A DNA stretch of 64,000 bases, from contig NC_042997.1 in NCBI RefSeq assembly GCF_006345805.1, positions 12,710,001 through 12,774,000 of the forward strand. Direction: 5' to 3'. The notes below the pieces were generated by a model. It ran no database searches and was not told the DNA's origin. It worked only from the letters and a program-made list of their open reading frames with translations. The position numbers and the translations under genes were made by a program. Below, one piece after another: positions 52,718-64,000 of this stretch (within the stretch, counting starts at the first letter, position 1; each line of letters begins with the position of its first letter). Origin of the DNA: Octopus sinensis (taxonomy: Eukaryota).

Positions 52718-53040
52718 TATTATATATATATATAATTAGGGCTTAGTAAAATAAATGTGTGTGAGTTTGTGTATATATTTAGATATGTTTATATACATAC
52801 ATGGATATATGTGCATGAGCATGTGTGTATATATATTTCTTATTTTTTGTTTTTTGAAATTAGCTATTTCATCTTTAAATATGAGAATTTAAATATACTA
52901 GGTTTCATTATATACAATCGTTTATAGAGGTTATTTTAGTTCTTGATTATATATATTTTCATTGATAATTTTATATTTTATATATATTAGTCATTTCAAA
53001 TTTATATCTTAAAAATATTGATTATATTTTAGGTCTTGAA

Positions 53041-53190
53041 ACCACCTGATGAATGTCCATAGAAGTGACAAGAAACGATCGTAGTGGATATCTTAATTAT
53101 AATTAATTTATATAAAATTTTTTATGTACTGGATTAAGTCTTTCTTTGTTTGATTTGCATAATAGTGGTTTTGTCTCTAATTAATATTAT
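53041..53190 (+). ncRNA. Minimal type-I hammerhead (53042-53087) followed by the H1-family 3' tail
   Basis: ccac-CTGATGA-atgtccatagaagtgacaa-GAAAC-gatc-GTA-gtgg. The tail ttgatttgcataatagtggttttgtctctaatt matches H1. Confidence 0.75.
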
Positions 53191-53196
53191 ATATAT

Positions 53197-53262
<66 letters not shown>

Positions 53263-53872
53263 ATATAATATACAAATTTGCTATTGTATGAAAAATTCTT
53301 GCTCGTATCACCTTAAATAAAAATAATAGTTATTAGATGACAACGTTATAGAGTCAGTGCAGGCGACAGGATTTCATATAAAACCATATTGACACAAAAG
53401 GCTTATAGCTAAACTTCGTACACCATTTCGTTTTTATCGACTTCACTAAGCTAATAAAAAAGAACACAGTCGAGCAAAATGTCAAATACAGATGACTGTG
53501 CGAATCCTCCCTAAGCGTATAATTCTCAAATAGTAGCATGGCAAGTATGACATGTTCCTTACACTTTATCTTATGTTTTTCTACAATCTAAAATGCAATA
53601 ATACAGAGAAGCCTCGGATACAGTCCTCTTTTAAAAGAATACCTAAAATATATTTTAGAATTTGAATGTTATATATGTACCTAATTTTACTATGAAGGCT
53701 CTGAATTTAACTTACTTAAATTTAGAAATTTTTAACATCCTCTTCGAGTAAATAATTCACTGAAGATGTCGGATCGATCGGTGATATACCTAATAACCTA
53801 CAGCATATTTTCAAGTTTAGAGTTTTTAAAAAAGTACTGACACTATCAAAAACCAAGCAGTTGTCCATCAAA

Positions 53873-53927
<55 letters not shown>

Positions 53928-54103
53928 TAATTCTGAAACGTTCGATTGATTCCATTTTCTTAGAAGGATTATTAGAGTAAAGAAATCTGAACATGTATCT
54001 GGGAAACTACTGAAGCATTTGAGAGAGTATTATCGTGATGAACAGTTAGAAAGTGAACGAAGAATTGTGAAACCCTCTGTATTTATATGTGGATATTAAG
54101 GTA

Positions 54104-54921
54104 AGAGGTGATATCAAAGAGTTTCTGGAATTGTTATGTTTAAAAATAACTTATTTACCTAGGTTTTAACATCATCTCCTTCGAAATAGTTACCTTGTGC
54201 AGCAATATTCCGGTCCATGCGTTCCTGCCACTTTTGAAATCCGGCCTGGAAGTCGTTTTCTGTAAGCGAGTCGAGGAGCTTCTGCAATTTGCTCCAGATG
54301 TTAAGACAGCGACTTTTGAGCAGCATTTTCATCTTGGGGGAGAGAGAGGTAAGTCCGCAGAGCTGGTGCGGAAGAAATACCATGTTTTGGCCGGTGCGGA
54401 AGAGAAACCATGTTTTGGCGAGAAACTCACGAGTGAGGAGAGCTCTACAGACCCGGTCGCTTTCGTCGAATGTCATCAATCGAACGCTTAAAAACGTCAT
54501 TGATTGTTCTCCGACAATCTTCGTGCACACGCTAATGAGTTTCCTCCATATTTCCAGGGTTGACGTTTGTGGCAGATCTTCGTTATCGCTCATTATCTTA
54601 CAGATACGTTTTGAAGCATCCGTGCTACTCGAAACATTTCCTACGACTATGGCCACGTCGCCGTAAGCTTGTCGAAGCATGTTCAATGTCTCTGTAAGAG
54701 ACTTCCCAAGTTTAAGGCAAAATTTTCCGTTGGCTCTTTGTCCATGACAAAAATCGTCGACTGCAGCATAGACTTGAACGCAAAACCTCAAATTTCACTT
54801 GAGAAGTAAACACAGCGATGTCGCTCGGTACACTGCGTCATGAAGGTCACTGCCAGCACTCATGTACTACCATCTGTTGGTGCACTACAGAACTAGTCAG
54901 GGATTTTTTGATACCACCTCG
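54104..54921 (-). mobile_element. Internally deleted mariner element with imperfect TIRs and TA flanks
   Basis: N-terminal QRAN.KFC.KLGKS.TET..ML.QAYG and C-terminal DFQAGFQKWQ.R.D..IAAQGNYFEGD. Ends are ta-agaggtgatatcaaa and tttgataccacctcg-ta. Confidence 0.85.
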
Positions 54922-55610
54922 TAGAACATGTAACATCTAAAATAGCTGAAGTTATTTCTTCCTTTCCGGTTTCTATACCTAAAATGGGCCTACTAAAGGA
55001 AGGCTAATTCTTTCACATTTAAATCAAGCTTACGTCAGTGCCCCTTGAAATGAGATGATGTCTGTGTTATATTGGAATCAAAAGAACCACTCATTAAAGA
55101 ATGGGAAGTAACGAAATAAGAAATTTGCTCAAACTGGAAGCACCACAAAGTTTATTGCAATGAGATGGATCGAAAATGAAACCATATGATTGTGCGGTAT
55201 TTTTTTTATCCACACATCCATATATGTACTTATATAGTATTAATCGATTCTAAAGTAAGGATCGTTGGGATCCTATAGTCACGGGTTCATCGATGCCTTG
55301 AGAGTTACCATTGATGAACGGAAAATTTGTAGAAGACTGTCTGATGGAGACAACATTATACAGATCGAAAGGTATTTACACGTATCCGAAAAGAAAATTA
55401 AAACAGTGAATATTTACAATAAGCACACAGGTGCGACACAAACACACACATATCACTTGTATATATTTAGTAATTCAGCAAAAGTATACTTAGTAAATAG
55501 TGAAAGAGAAACTGTAGAAATATTATATCTGCTCAGTACCCGTCCCTAGCGGACTCCCAGGCATTTTCTGGCTCTTTAGCCTCCTGCAGTGGGAGATAAG
55601 GAAGAGAGAA

Positions 55611-55842
55611 AAGGCGGCGAGCTGGCAGAACCGTTAGAACACTGGGCAAAATGCGTAGCTGTATTTCGTATGCCGTTATGTTCTGAGTTCAAATTCCGCC
55701 GAGGTCAACTTTGCCTTTCATCCTTTCGGGGTCGATAAATTAAGTACCAGTTACGCACTGGGGTCGGTGTAATCGACTTAATCCGTTTGCCTGTCCTTGT
55801 TTGTCCCCTCTATGTTTAGCCCCTTGTGGGTAATAAAGAAAC
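55611..55842 (+). mobile_element. SINE family B, full length
   Basis: Complete head, core and tail. Confidence 0.9.
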
Positions 55843-55970
55843 AGACAATGAAGATATAATCACTTGATACATTCTAAAACTGTCTATTGAATACCTTCTA
55901 AAACAGTGACTGGTTGAGCGGGCGGACCGCTTGTTCGCATTAGATACAGTAATACAGTAGTATCATTGAT

Positions 55971-56355
55971 GTGGAGGCGCAATGGCCCAGTGGTTAGGGC
56001 AGCGGACTCACGGTCGTAGGATCGCGGTTTCGATTCCCAGACCGGGCGTTGTGAGTGTTTATTGAGCGAAAACACCTAAAAGCTCCACGAGGCTCCGGCA
56101 GGGGATGGTGGTGATCCCTGCTGTACTCTTTCACCACAACTTTCTCTCACTCTTACTTCCTGTTTCTGTTGTACCTGTATTTCAAGGGGTCGGCCTTGTC
56201 ATTCTCTGTGTCACGCTGAATATCCCCGAGAACTACGTTAAGGGTGCACGTGTCTGTGGAGTGCTCAGCCACTTACACGTTAATTTCACGAGCAGGCTGT
56301 TCCGTTGATTCGGATCAACGGGAACCCTCATCGTCGTAACCGACGGAGTGCTTCC
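55971..56355 (+). mobile_element. SINE family C, full length, with TSD agtatcattg (55959-55968 and 56356-56365)
   Basis: tRNA-like head with A/B-box-like motifs; the direct repeats flank the copy. Confidence 0.92.
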
Positions 56356-56669
56356 AGTATCATTGCTAAGCAGTAAGGAGGAATAAACGAACTTTAGTCT
56401 AACTAAAATAAGCTTGTGATATATTTTAACTTCTAAAGGCAAATGCTCTGCAGCTCCTGTGAGGTAAAATTTCTCAGTTATGTTTAAAATTTGTAAAAAA
56501 CTATATCTTCGTGTCTTGTCCGAGAGGACTCCTAGGCGCGTACCCCAAGCGAGAATCTCTTCTCTACAGTGACCGCAGTGAAATTGCCTTCAGAAGTTAA
56601 AATATGTCACAAACATATTTTTTTCTAACCTGAAGGATATTTTTCCTCATACTACCTATGCATTCATGC

Positions 56670-56892
56670 GTGTATGTATGTATGTATGTATGTATGTATG
56701 TATGTATGTATGTATGTATGTATGTATGTATGTATGTATATCTATCATTATTCAGTTTTATTTCAAGATTTTTTGCCAATCGAAAAAGAACCGGTTTGTA
56801 ACCTTGATGCAAGACTCTTTTATTGGAATTTCAACATCAACAACAGGTTATGCATGTATGTATGTATGCATGTTTGTATGTTTTTATGTATG

Positions 56893-56926
<34 letters not shown>

Positions 56927-57267
56927 TGTATGTATGTATGTATGTACGTATGTATGTATGTATGTATGTATGTATGTGTGTGTGTATGTAGATTTCTATG
57001 TTTTGTTGTATGTATATATTCTCATATATACTTAAATGATAAACTTCTGGAAAGTTTCACAGATTTTTACAGTTCCAGTAACGGGATGGATTTGTAGCCT
57101 TCGATTCAGCTTTCTCCTTTCTGGTTTTCTGAAGCCTAAATTCTCAAGATTGGTATTTGGGCAATATGTTACCTGAACTTGTAATCTGGATAGAGTAACT
57201 GCAGATTTCTCAATAGTTCAGTGTAAGTGTTCTCTGTTTCACTGATCTTCAGCTTTATGTTAATATC
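56670..57267 (-). mobile_element. RLE-type LINE 3' fragment with (CATA)n inside the 3'UTR and as the tail
   Basis: PADINIKLKISETENTYTELLRNLQLLYPDYKF, then ENLGF..ERRKL.RRLQI..VTGTVKICETFQKF. Confidence 0.65.
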
Positions 57268-57467
57268 CGCTGGCAAAAATGAGTTGTACTTGTATTTCAA
57301 AGGGTCATCCTTGTCACTCTCTGTGTCACGCTGATTATCCCCGAGAACTACGTTAAGGGTACACGTGTCTGTGGAATGCTCAGCCATTTGCACGTTAATT
57401 TCACGAGCAAGCTGTTCCGTTGATCGTATCAGCTGGGACCCTCGTCGTCGTAACCGGCGGAGTCTTT
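57268..57467 (+). mobile_element. 5'-truncated SINE family D copy abutting the RLE-LINE fragment
   Basis: Near-identical to 62123-62317. Confidence 0.85.
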
Positions 57468-57774
57468 AAAAGCTGATTTACACAAATGTACATAGTTTCT
57501 CTTCTCTATCCCAAATCAATATATCAAATCTATTGAGGTTTCACTGGGACTTTACACTAGTATTCCCCTTTATTATGAGCCGCACATTTCCCATTGAGTG
57601 CATAATTACATCTGTGTGAAAAAGAGAGTATGATAACCAAGAGTGGGTATATTAAAAGTTTTTCCTACAGTTCTTACTAAACTAAATAATGGTTTCATTT
57701 TGCCCGGCGTGCTAACGATTCTGCCAGCACGCCGCCGTCTTACTGAACTAAATCATCCGTTTTATTATACGACT

Positions 57775-58368
57775 AAGGCCTGGAATTTGTTGGGAGGTGC
57801 ATAGTTGATTACATCGACCCCAGCATTTGTAATTAATTTATCGACCCCAAAAGGATGAAAGGCAAAATCAACTTCGGCGGAATTCGAACAAAGAATGAAG
57901 CGACACACGAAATACCACTAAGCATTTCGCCAGGCATACTAACGATTCTCATTTCTTTATTACCCACAAGGGGCTAAACATAGAGGGGACAAACAAGGAC
58001 AGACAAAGGGTATAAGTCGATTACATCGACCCCAGTATGTAACTGGTACTTAATTTATCGACCCCGAAATGATGGAAGGCAAAGTCGACCTTGGCGGAAT
58101 TTGAACTCAGAACGTAACGGCAGACGAAATACCTACTTCTTTACTACCCACAAGGGATTAAACACAGAGAGAACAAACAAGGACAGACAAACGGTTTAAA
58201 GTCGATTATATCGACACCAGTGTGTAACTAGTACTTATTTAATCGACCCCGGAAGGATGAAAGGCAAAGTCGACCTAGGCGGAATTTGAACTCAGAACGT
58301 AACGGCATACGAAATACCGCTAAGCATTTCGCCCGCCATGCTAACTATTCTGCCAGCTCACCGCCTTC
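57775..58368 (-). mobile_element. Tandem array of three SINE family B units
   Basis: Repeated atttatcgacccc...ggatgaaaggcaaagtcgacc..ggcggaatttgaactcagaacg units. Confidence 0.85.
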
Positions 58369-59305
58369 TTATGAGACTAACTAATGCCTACATCAATCTT
58401 ATTACATTGCTGAGATTTTGTTGACTTTCTAATGCTATTTCTATTATTGTGTGTGATTATTTTATTTATGGTTCTGATTTCAAGTAGATTTATTAATTTG
58501 CATGTTGATTAGATTCATAAACTTTATGGTATTTAAGTTTTACGCATATTTCGTGTTTTTACTAAATGTTCTAATTTATTGAGTAATCAACCTTTATTAA
58601 CAGTAATTCTTGCTTAATTTGTTTCATGAAGCTGAATACTTGTACGTAAACCATCTTCTATTTGTATAATATTTTCAGTTAGAGTTGGCTAAACTACCAC
58701 ATTTAAATTAATAAAAATGCTTCTCTTCGGCACGAAATGTGGTTATTATTGGTCCATAAGTTTACAATGTATGATTGTAACGTTATTAGAATATACAACT
58801 GTAATATCGAAGATATTATAGTTGTATATTAAGATATGAAATATGATTACTACAGAAACAAATAAGCAATAGGAAACATCCATGATAAAAAAAATGATAT
58901 GATACAAGAAATAATCGAAAGACATAATAAACGATTATAACACAAGCCTTGTCTCAGAAACAACAACAAAAAAAATCAGAAAGTAAGACTGGAATCCTGG
59001 CGTCCAGTAACAATGCATGAACTCAAAATACTCCAACGAGGAAAACACCATGCAAGCAAATGACTAATGCAAAATTCGTATGACCAATGTGATAATTAGA
59101 ATAATCCTGCTGGCGAACAATGCACTTACGAATAAGGCCTCATTACAAAATGCAATATAATACAAAGCAGATGGGAAAAGATGAAAAACAAAAGTAGTAG
59201 GAGACTTCATGTATTTTCATACAATACTGAATGAAAAAATACCCATGGATTTCTTTTGATATCTTAACGCAAATCAGTGATTAAATAGCCGCGAGCAAAT
59301 GACGC

Positions 59306-59349
59306 ACAGCACACACACACACACAGCACACACACACACACACACACAG

Positions 59350-59380
<31 letters not shown>

Positions 59381-59530
59381 ACACACAGACACAGACACAG
59401 ACACACAGACACACACACACAGACACACAGACACACACACACACACAACACACACACAGACACACACACACACACACACACGCACGCACACACAAGCACT
59501 TACACAAGCACATACACACACATACATACA
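59306..59530. repeat. (CA)n/(CACAGA)n microsatellite
   Basis: Read directly from the sequence. Confidence 0.95.
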
Positions 59531-59823
59531 CATATAAATATATACACGTAAAAACGGGCACACATCGCACTGTCGAAAAAATACAAGAACCCTTATCAAG
59601 CACTATTGTCTCAATCCAAATCGTCAAATACATAAATGTTCATATACGTCTGAACATATACATATAAGTATATATATGGTGAGGGTGGGGGGTATTTGTG
59701 TGTGCAAGTGAGTGTGTGTGTCTCTCGGTGTATAGCTATATTATATCATTGCATGTATATTGATATAAATTTGTTTTATTTATCTCTGTGCTTTCTATCT
59801 CTCTATCTTCCTCCGTCTGTCAG

Positions 59824-59856
<33 letters not shown>

Positions 59857-59922
59857 GTCTATATATATATATATATATATATACACACAAACATATATAT
59901 ATATAAATACATATATACATAC

Positions 59923-59965
<43 letters not shown>

Positions 59966-60240
59966 ACATATAAGATATATACATAAATATGTGTGTATAT
60001 ATATGTGCGAGAGTGATTTGTGTATGCATGTGTGAAAGAATATAATACACAGACTGGTAGATAAAGTGAGAGATAGATTTACAGAGAGACATGTAAATGT
60101 TTTAATAGTTATGTGGGAACATAGAATAATATATCTACACGGTAGCATAACTGGAGATAGCAGTTAAACAGAGGAAAGAAATAAAAAAAAATATTCTTAA
60201 CAAAACAAGAAACCAACAAATACAAAACATACATACTCAC

Positions 60241-60444
60241 TAGAGAAAAAGAAAATTTGGAAGAAAGCATTAGAAGAAAGAACAACTAATGATGGCATAC
60301 ATGTCCTGAAAGGAAAATACGTTAATACTAAAGCGACTCCACCATTCGTGCTTGTTGGATGAAATCCACAAGACATGAGGTACATTATCTCGCCGTTAAT
60401 ATTGTAGCTGGCAGCTTCGACATCACACGCAGGAGTTGTTACCC
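60241..60444 (-). CDS. Candidate 204-nt phase 1-1 exon (VTTPACDVEAASYNINGEIMYLMSCGFHPTSTNGGVALVLTYFPFRTCMPSLVVLSSNAFFQIFFFS)
   Basis: Acceptor tagtttcag, donor GTGAGT, one open frame over 204 nt. An alternative internal acceptor ttttcctttcag is also present. Confidence 0.4.
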
Positions 60445-61217
60445 CTGAAACTAAAGAATAGTGTGACAAAAGCATTCAATAATTCATTAATGTCACTAAT
60501 CATCGCTTCTTTATCTGCTGCTGCCGTTATTACTCTTGTCTTTGTTGTTATTATTAGTGTTGTATTTTCCTTTGCTTTTTATCATAGTTTTATTCTCTTT
60601 TTTTTTTTACTTTTTTGGTAGCTGCTAATAATTTAGTTGCTTTTTATCAGTAGCTTTGACAGCATTTGTTTTAGTGGTTGGTTCTGGGATAAAAGGCATT
60701 GCCTACGCAAGAAAGACCGTTCTGTTTAAGGAGAAGAGGAACGTGAGAAACGTCTCCGTAAAACTTGCTACTACGGCAGTGGTGGTCGTTATCTTCATTT
60801 TGTTGTTTTTGTGGTTGATGTTGTCGTTAATGATAATAGTTTGGTCGTTGCTGTTGATAATGATAATGAGAGAAAGAATATTGATTATGGTAATGTTGAA
60901 GATGATGACCAACATGATAACGACATCCATGACGATGACGACGAGTCACTAATACTGATGATGATAATGATACCATTCGTTGATTTTCATTTAGTATGTA
61001 TTACATTGAAAGAGGCACATGGTTTGCTGTTGATAGCTTTTGATGCAGATTCTGATAATGAATATAATGATAACTACAGCTGATGCTACTACTGATGATG
61101 AAGATGGCAACGATCACGACGAACGGAAAGGAGAGGTGAAGAAAAAATAGGATAAAAAGAGAGAGATAGATGACACTACATGAATAAGAATGAAAGAAGA
61201 TCTTTCATGCCACTCAC

Positions 61218-61292
61218 AACTGTAACAAGGTAGCGAATGATAGCCTATAACTCATGATTTTGGAAACATGAGCTCCGAAATAAGCTGAACTT
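61218..61292 (-). CDS. Candidate 75-nt exon (SSAYFGAHVSKIMSYRLSFATLLQ)
   Basis: Acceptor acattgcag, donor GTGAGT, one open frame. Confidence 0.25.
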
Positions 61293-61997
61293 CTGCAATG
61301 TACATATTACTAAACTTTAAAATATACAGTGAGCAAAATATTTCAGTGTTTCTCATATATCCGTGATGTAAGAGCTACCTTTGAATAAATTTCATCATTT
61401 GAAACTACACTTAATTGCAGCGGAACCGTCTCTACGATGATGCTGTAGTAATGCGACGAAAACTTTAACACTTTATGTTATGAACGATCGCAAATATTTA
61501 AAGATTGTGTGTATTTAGACGGGTCTCTTTCACAATATCCTTGTTTCGGACTTAATGTACGTTCCAATCTTTTTGGAGTATTTCAACGATAACACATAAT
61601 GTCTCACACAAACACACACACAAACACACCTATAGAGCGATACATACATACATACATACATACATACATACATACATACATGCATGCATGCATACATACA
61701 TACATACATACATACATACTTACATACTTACATACATTCACGAATAGATAGATGCGTAGTTAGGTAACTAAGCAGGTGGAACCGAAACTATAAAAAAGAT
61801 GTAGTATTTTCATGAAGAGGATGAACTTCGTAGTTTAACTTAAAATTACTTGGAACTCCCCTATTACAATTAATGCGACGTATACCTGAAGATAAATTTC
61901 GTCTTTTAATATCAATTCCCAGATACGTAAAAATATAGGAATTTCAATAATTTCGTTCAATATTGCATTCATTCAGTATGTAAGTATATATAAACAT

Positions 61998-62325
61998 GTG
62001 AGGGCGCGTGGCTTAGTGGTTAGGGCATTCGGCTCATGATCGTATGGTTGTGAGTTCGATTCCCGGCGACGCGTTGTGTCCTTGAGCAAGACACTTTATT
62101 TCACGTTGCTCCAGTCCACTCAGCTGGCAAAAATGAGTTGTACTTGTATTTCAAAGGGTCAGCCTTGTCACTCTGTGTCACGCTGATTATCCCCGAGAAC
62201 TACGTTAAGGGTACACGTGTCTGTGGAATGCTCAGCCATTTGCACGTTAATTTCACGAGCAAGCTGTTCCGTTGATCGTATCAGCTGGGACGCTCGTCGT
62301 CGTAACCGGCGGAGTCTTTTTTAAG
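61998..62325 (+). mobile_element. SINE family D, full length, with a 12-bp TSD atatataaacat (61986-61997 and 62326-62337)
   Basis: tRNA-like head gcgcgtggcttagtggttagg...gagttcgattccc; the 3' half is shared with family C. Confidence 0.9.
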
Positions 62326-62454
62326 ATATATAAACATAGTTATTTATTTATTAATGCAGGACTTAGTGAGTAATCATAAATCAAAAGTAAAAACCTAAAC
62401 CATCTTTTTTATCTTACACACCTGAGTCATGTAACAATATTCTTTTCTACTCTA

Positions 62455-62825
62455 GGCACAAGGCACGAAATTTTGGCGAGAGGGGGCCAATCGATTAGAT
62501 CGACCCAAGTACGCAATTGGCACCTAATTTATCGACCACGGAAGGATGAAAGCAAAGTCGACCTCGGCGGAATTTGAACTCAGAACGTGACGACAGACGA
62601 AATACTTATTTCTTTACTACCCACAAGGGACTATGCACAGAGAGAACAAACGGATCAAGTTGATTACATCGACCCCAGTGCGTAACTGGTACTTAATTTA
62701 TTGACCCCGAAAGGATGAAAGGCAAAGTCCACCTCGACGGAATTTGAACTCAGAAGGTGAAAACAGACGAAATATCGCTAAGCATTTCACTCGGCATGCT
62801 AACGTCTCTGCCAGGTCACCATCTT
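62455..62825 (-). mobile_element. Tandem dimer of SINE family B units
   Basis: Two consecutive cores with the same junction as at ~58130. Confidence 0.85.
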
Positions 62826-63886
62826 AGGTCATGTATCAATATTAATCGAGTAAATCTTCCAGTGAATAACTTATGACGCTCGAAATCAAAATTTTTAATG
62901 TGCAAAAGTACTTACAGGTGAAAAATTTGTATCCAAAGATTATTTATTAACTGGAAATGTATTTAAGAGACTGTTTAATCAGCATCTACAGCATCTACAT
63001 ATCTCGAAAAAGTCTTTGAACACATGACTAATCAAAATACATACAGTCTCTGAAAATTAGGTCAGAGTATGACATTACTTTACATTACTGGGTGCAGTGC
63101 TGGTACTATGCCAACAATAATACATGTATTTGTTATAATAAGTAACTTTTGATATCAAACATGTCACCAAATTAACTATCGATTACTTTATCCATTGTCT
63201 ACACTAATAAACTCTTGATCAGTCGAGAAGTACCTTTCTCTAATGCTGTTTACAAAACTTTAAAAGGTAAATGAGGAGCGAAATTTTGGCTCTTAAATGT
63301 TATTCTTAAATAAACGTACTGAAATTAATTTTTTCGTCGCCAACTTCATAAATTTTGAAATACCTATTGGCAAAAAGCCGGGATTCTACTTGATACAATT
63401 ATTCACGCTTAAAAAGGTTTAAAATGTTACTTTATGCACAGTGGATCAAATATCCTTTACGTTTTGTTATCGTATACGGTAACTACAAATTGTTCAATAA
63501 TTGATAAAATTTTAAGATAACTTAGTATATCAATGCACCACATCGTTTACTCAAACACTATAGTATCTGCAGTAAATAAACTATATTAACGCAAGTCTAT
63601 TAATGAAAACTGTAGTTTAATGAGATGAATTCACCTTAGATTATATTAGGTAAATATATGAGTGGAAGTCATGCTCATGTGTTTTTATATATACATATCT
63701 ACCTACACACACGCGTGTGCATATTTATGTATACATATGTATGTATGTATATATGTGTGCATGTTTGTGTGTGTGTGCATGTTTGTGTGTGGGTGCGTGT
63801 GTGTTTGTTTGTGTGTGTGTATGTGTATATACATATATACTTACATGCACACACACATATTTAAGTATCTATGTATTCATACTCTC

Positions 63887-64000
63887 TCTTTTACTCTTTT
63901 ACTTGTTTCAGTCCTTTGACTGCGGCCATGCTGGAGCACCGCCTTTAGTCGAGCGACTCGACCCCGGGACTTATTCTTTTTTTGTAAGCCCAGTACTTAT
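63887..64000 (-). mobile_element. SINE family A 3' end, cut by the window edge
   Basis: tactcttttacttgtttcagtcctttgactgcggccatgctggagcaccgcc. Confidence 0.9.

Noticed and set aside
53755-53800. CTGAAGA within a hairpin next to a cgatcg palindrome
   Set aside because: There is no GAAA core downstream, so it is not a hammerhead as it stands.
57775-58368. Repeat-spacer-like periodicity suggestive of a CRISPR array
   Set aside because: The units are ~190-bp SINE bodies in a eukaryotic context, with no unique spacers or cas genes.
60656-60952. ORF resembling GPCR TM5-TM6 (KEKRNVRNVSVKLATTAVVVVIFILLFLW)
   Set aside because: It is likely a by-product of T-rich (GTT/GAT)n sequence; there are no other helices or splice support.

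Overview
This is an AT-rich, microsatellite-dense eukaryotic window. The SINE and LINE repertoire looks cephalopod (Octopus-like); that assignment is from recall, not a database search. I could not name any host gene, although several short splice-flanked open segments on the minus strand suggest the window is mostly intronic. Almost all interpretable sequence is mobile DNA: Penelope-like elements (PLE; RT plus GIY-YIG), Dong/R4-type restriction-like-endonuclease LINE fragments in trinucleotide repeats, a second RLE-LINE with (CATA)n tails, three Tc1/mariner relics, Helitron-like relics and several tRNA-derived SINE families. Two systems stand out. (1) Short non-coding elements carrying minimal type-I hammerhead-ribozyme motifs: nine motif copies in about six families, mostly abutting (TA)n/(CA)n tracts, two of them in fold-back arrangements like PLE inverted pLTRs. 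(2) Two mutually homologous retroelements encoding only an L1/Tx1-like ORF1 protein with no ORF2; one is full length and sits in the tRNA-like head of a SINE with a ~16-bp target-site duplication. Most ORFs in the supplied track are translations of microsatellites.
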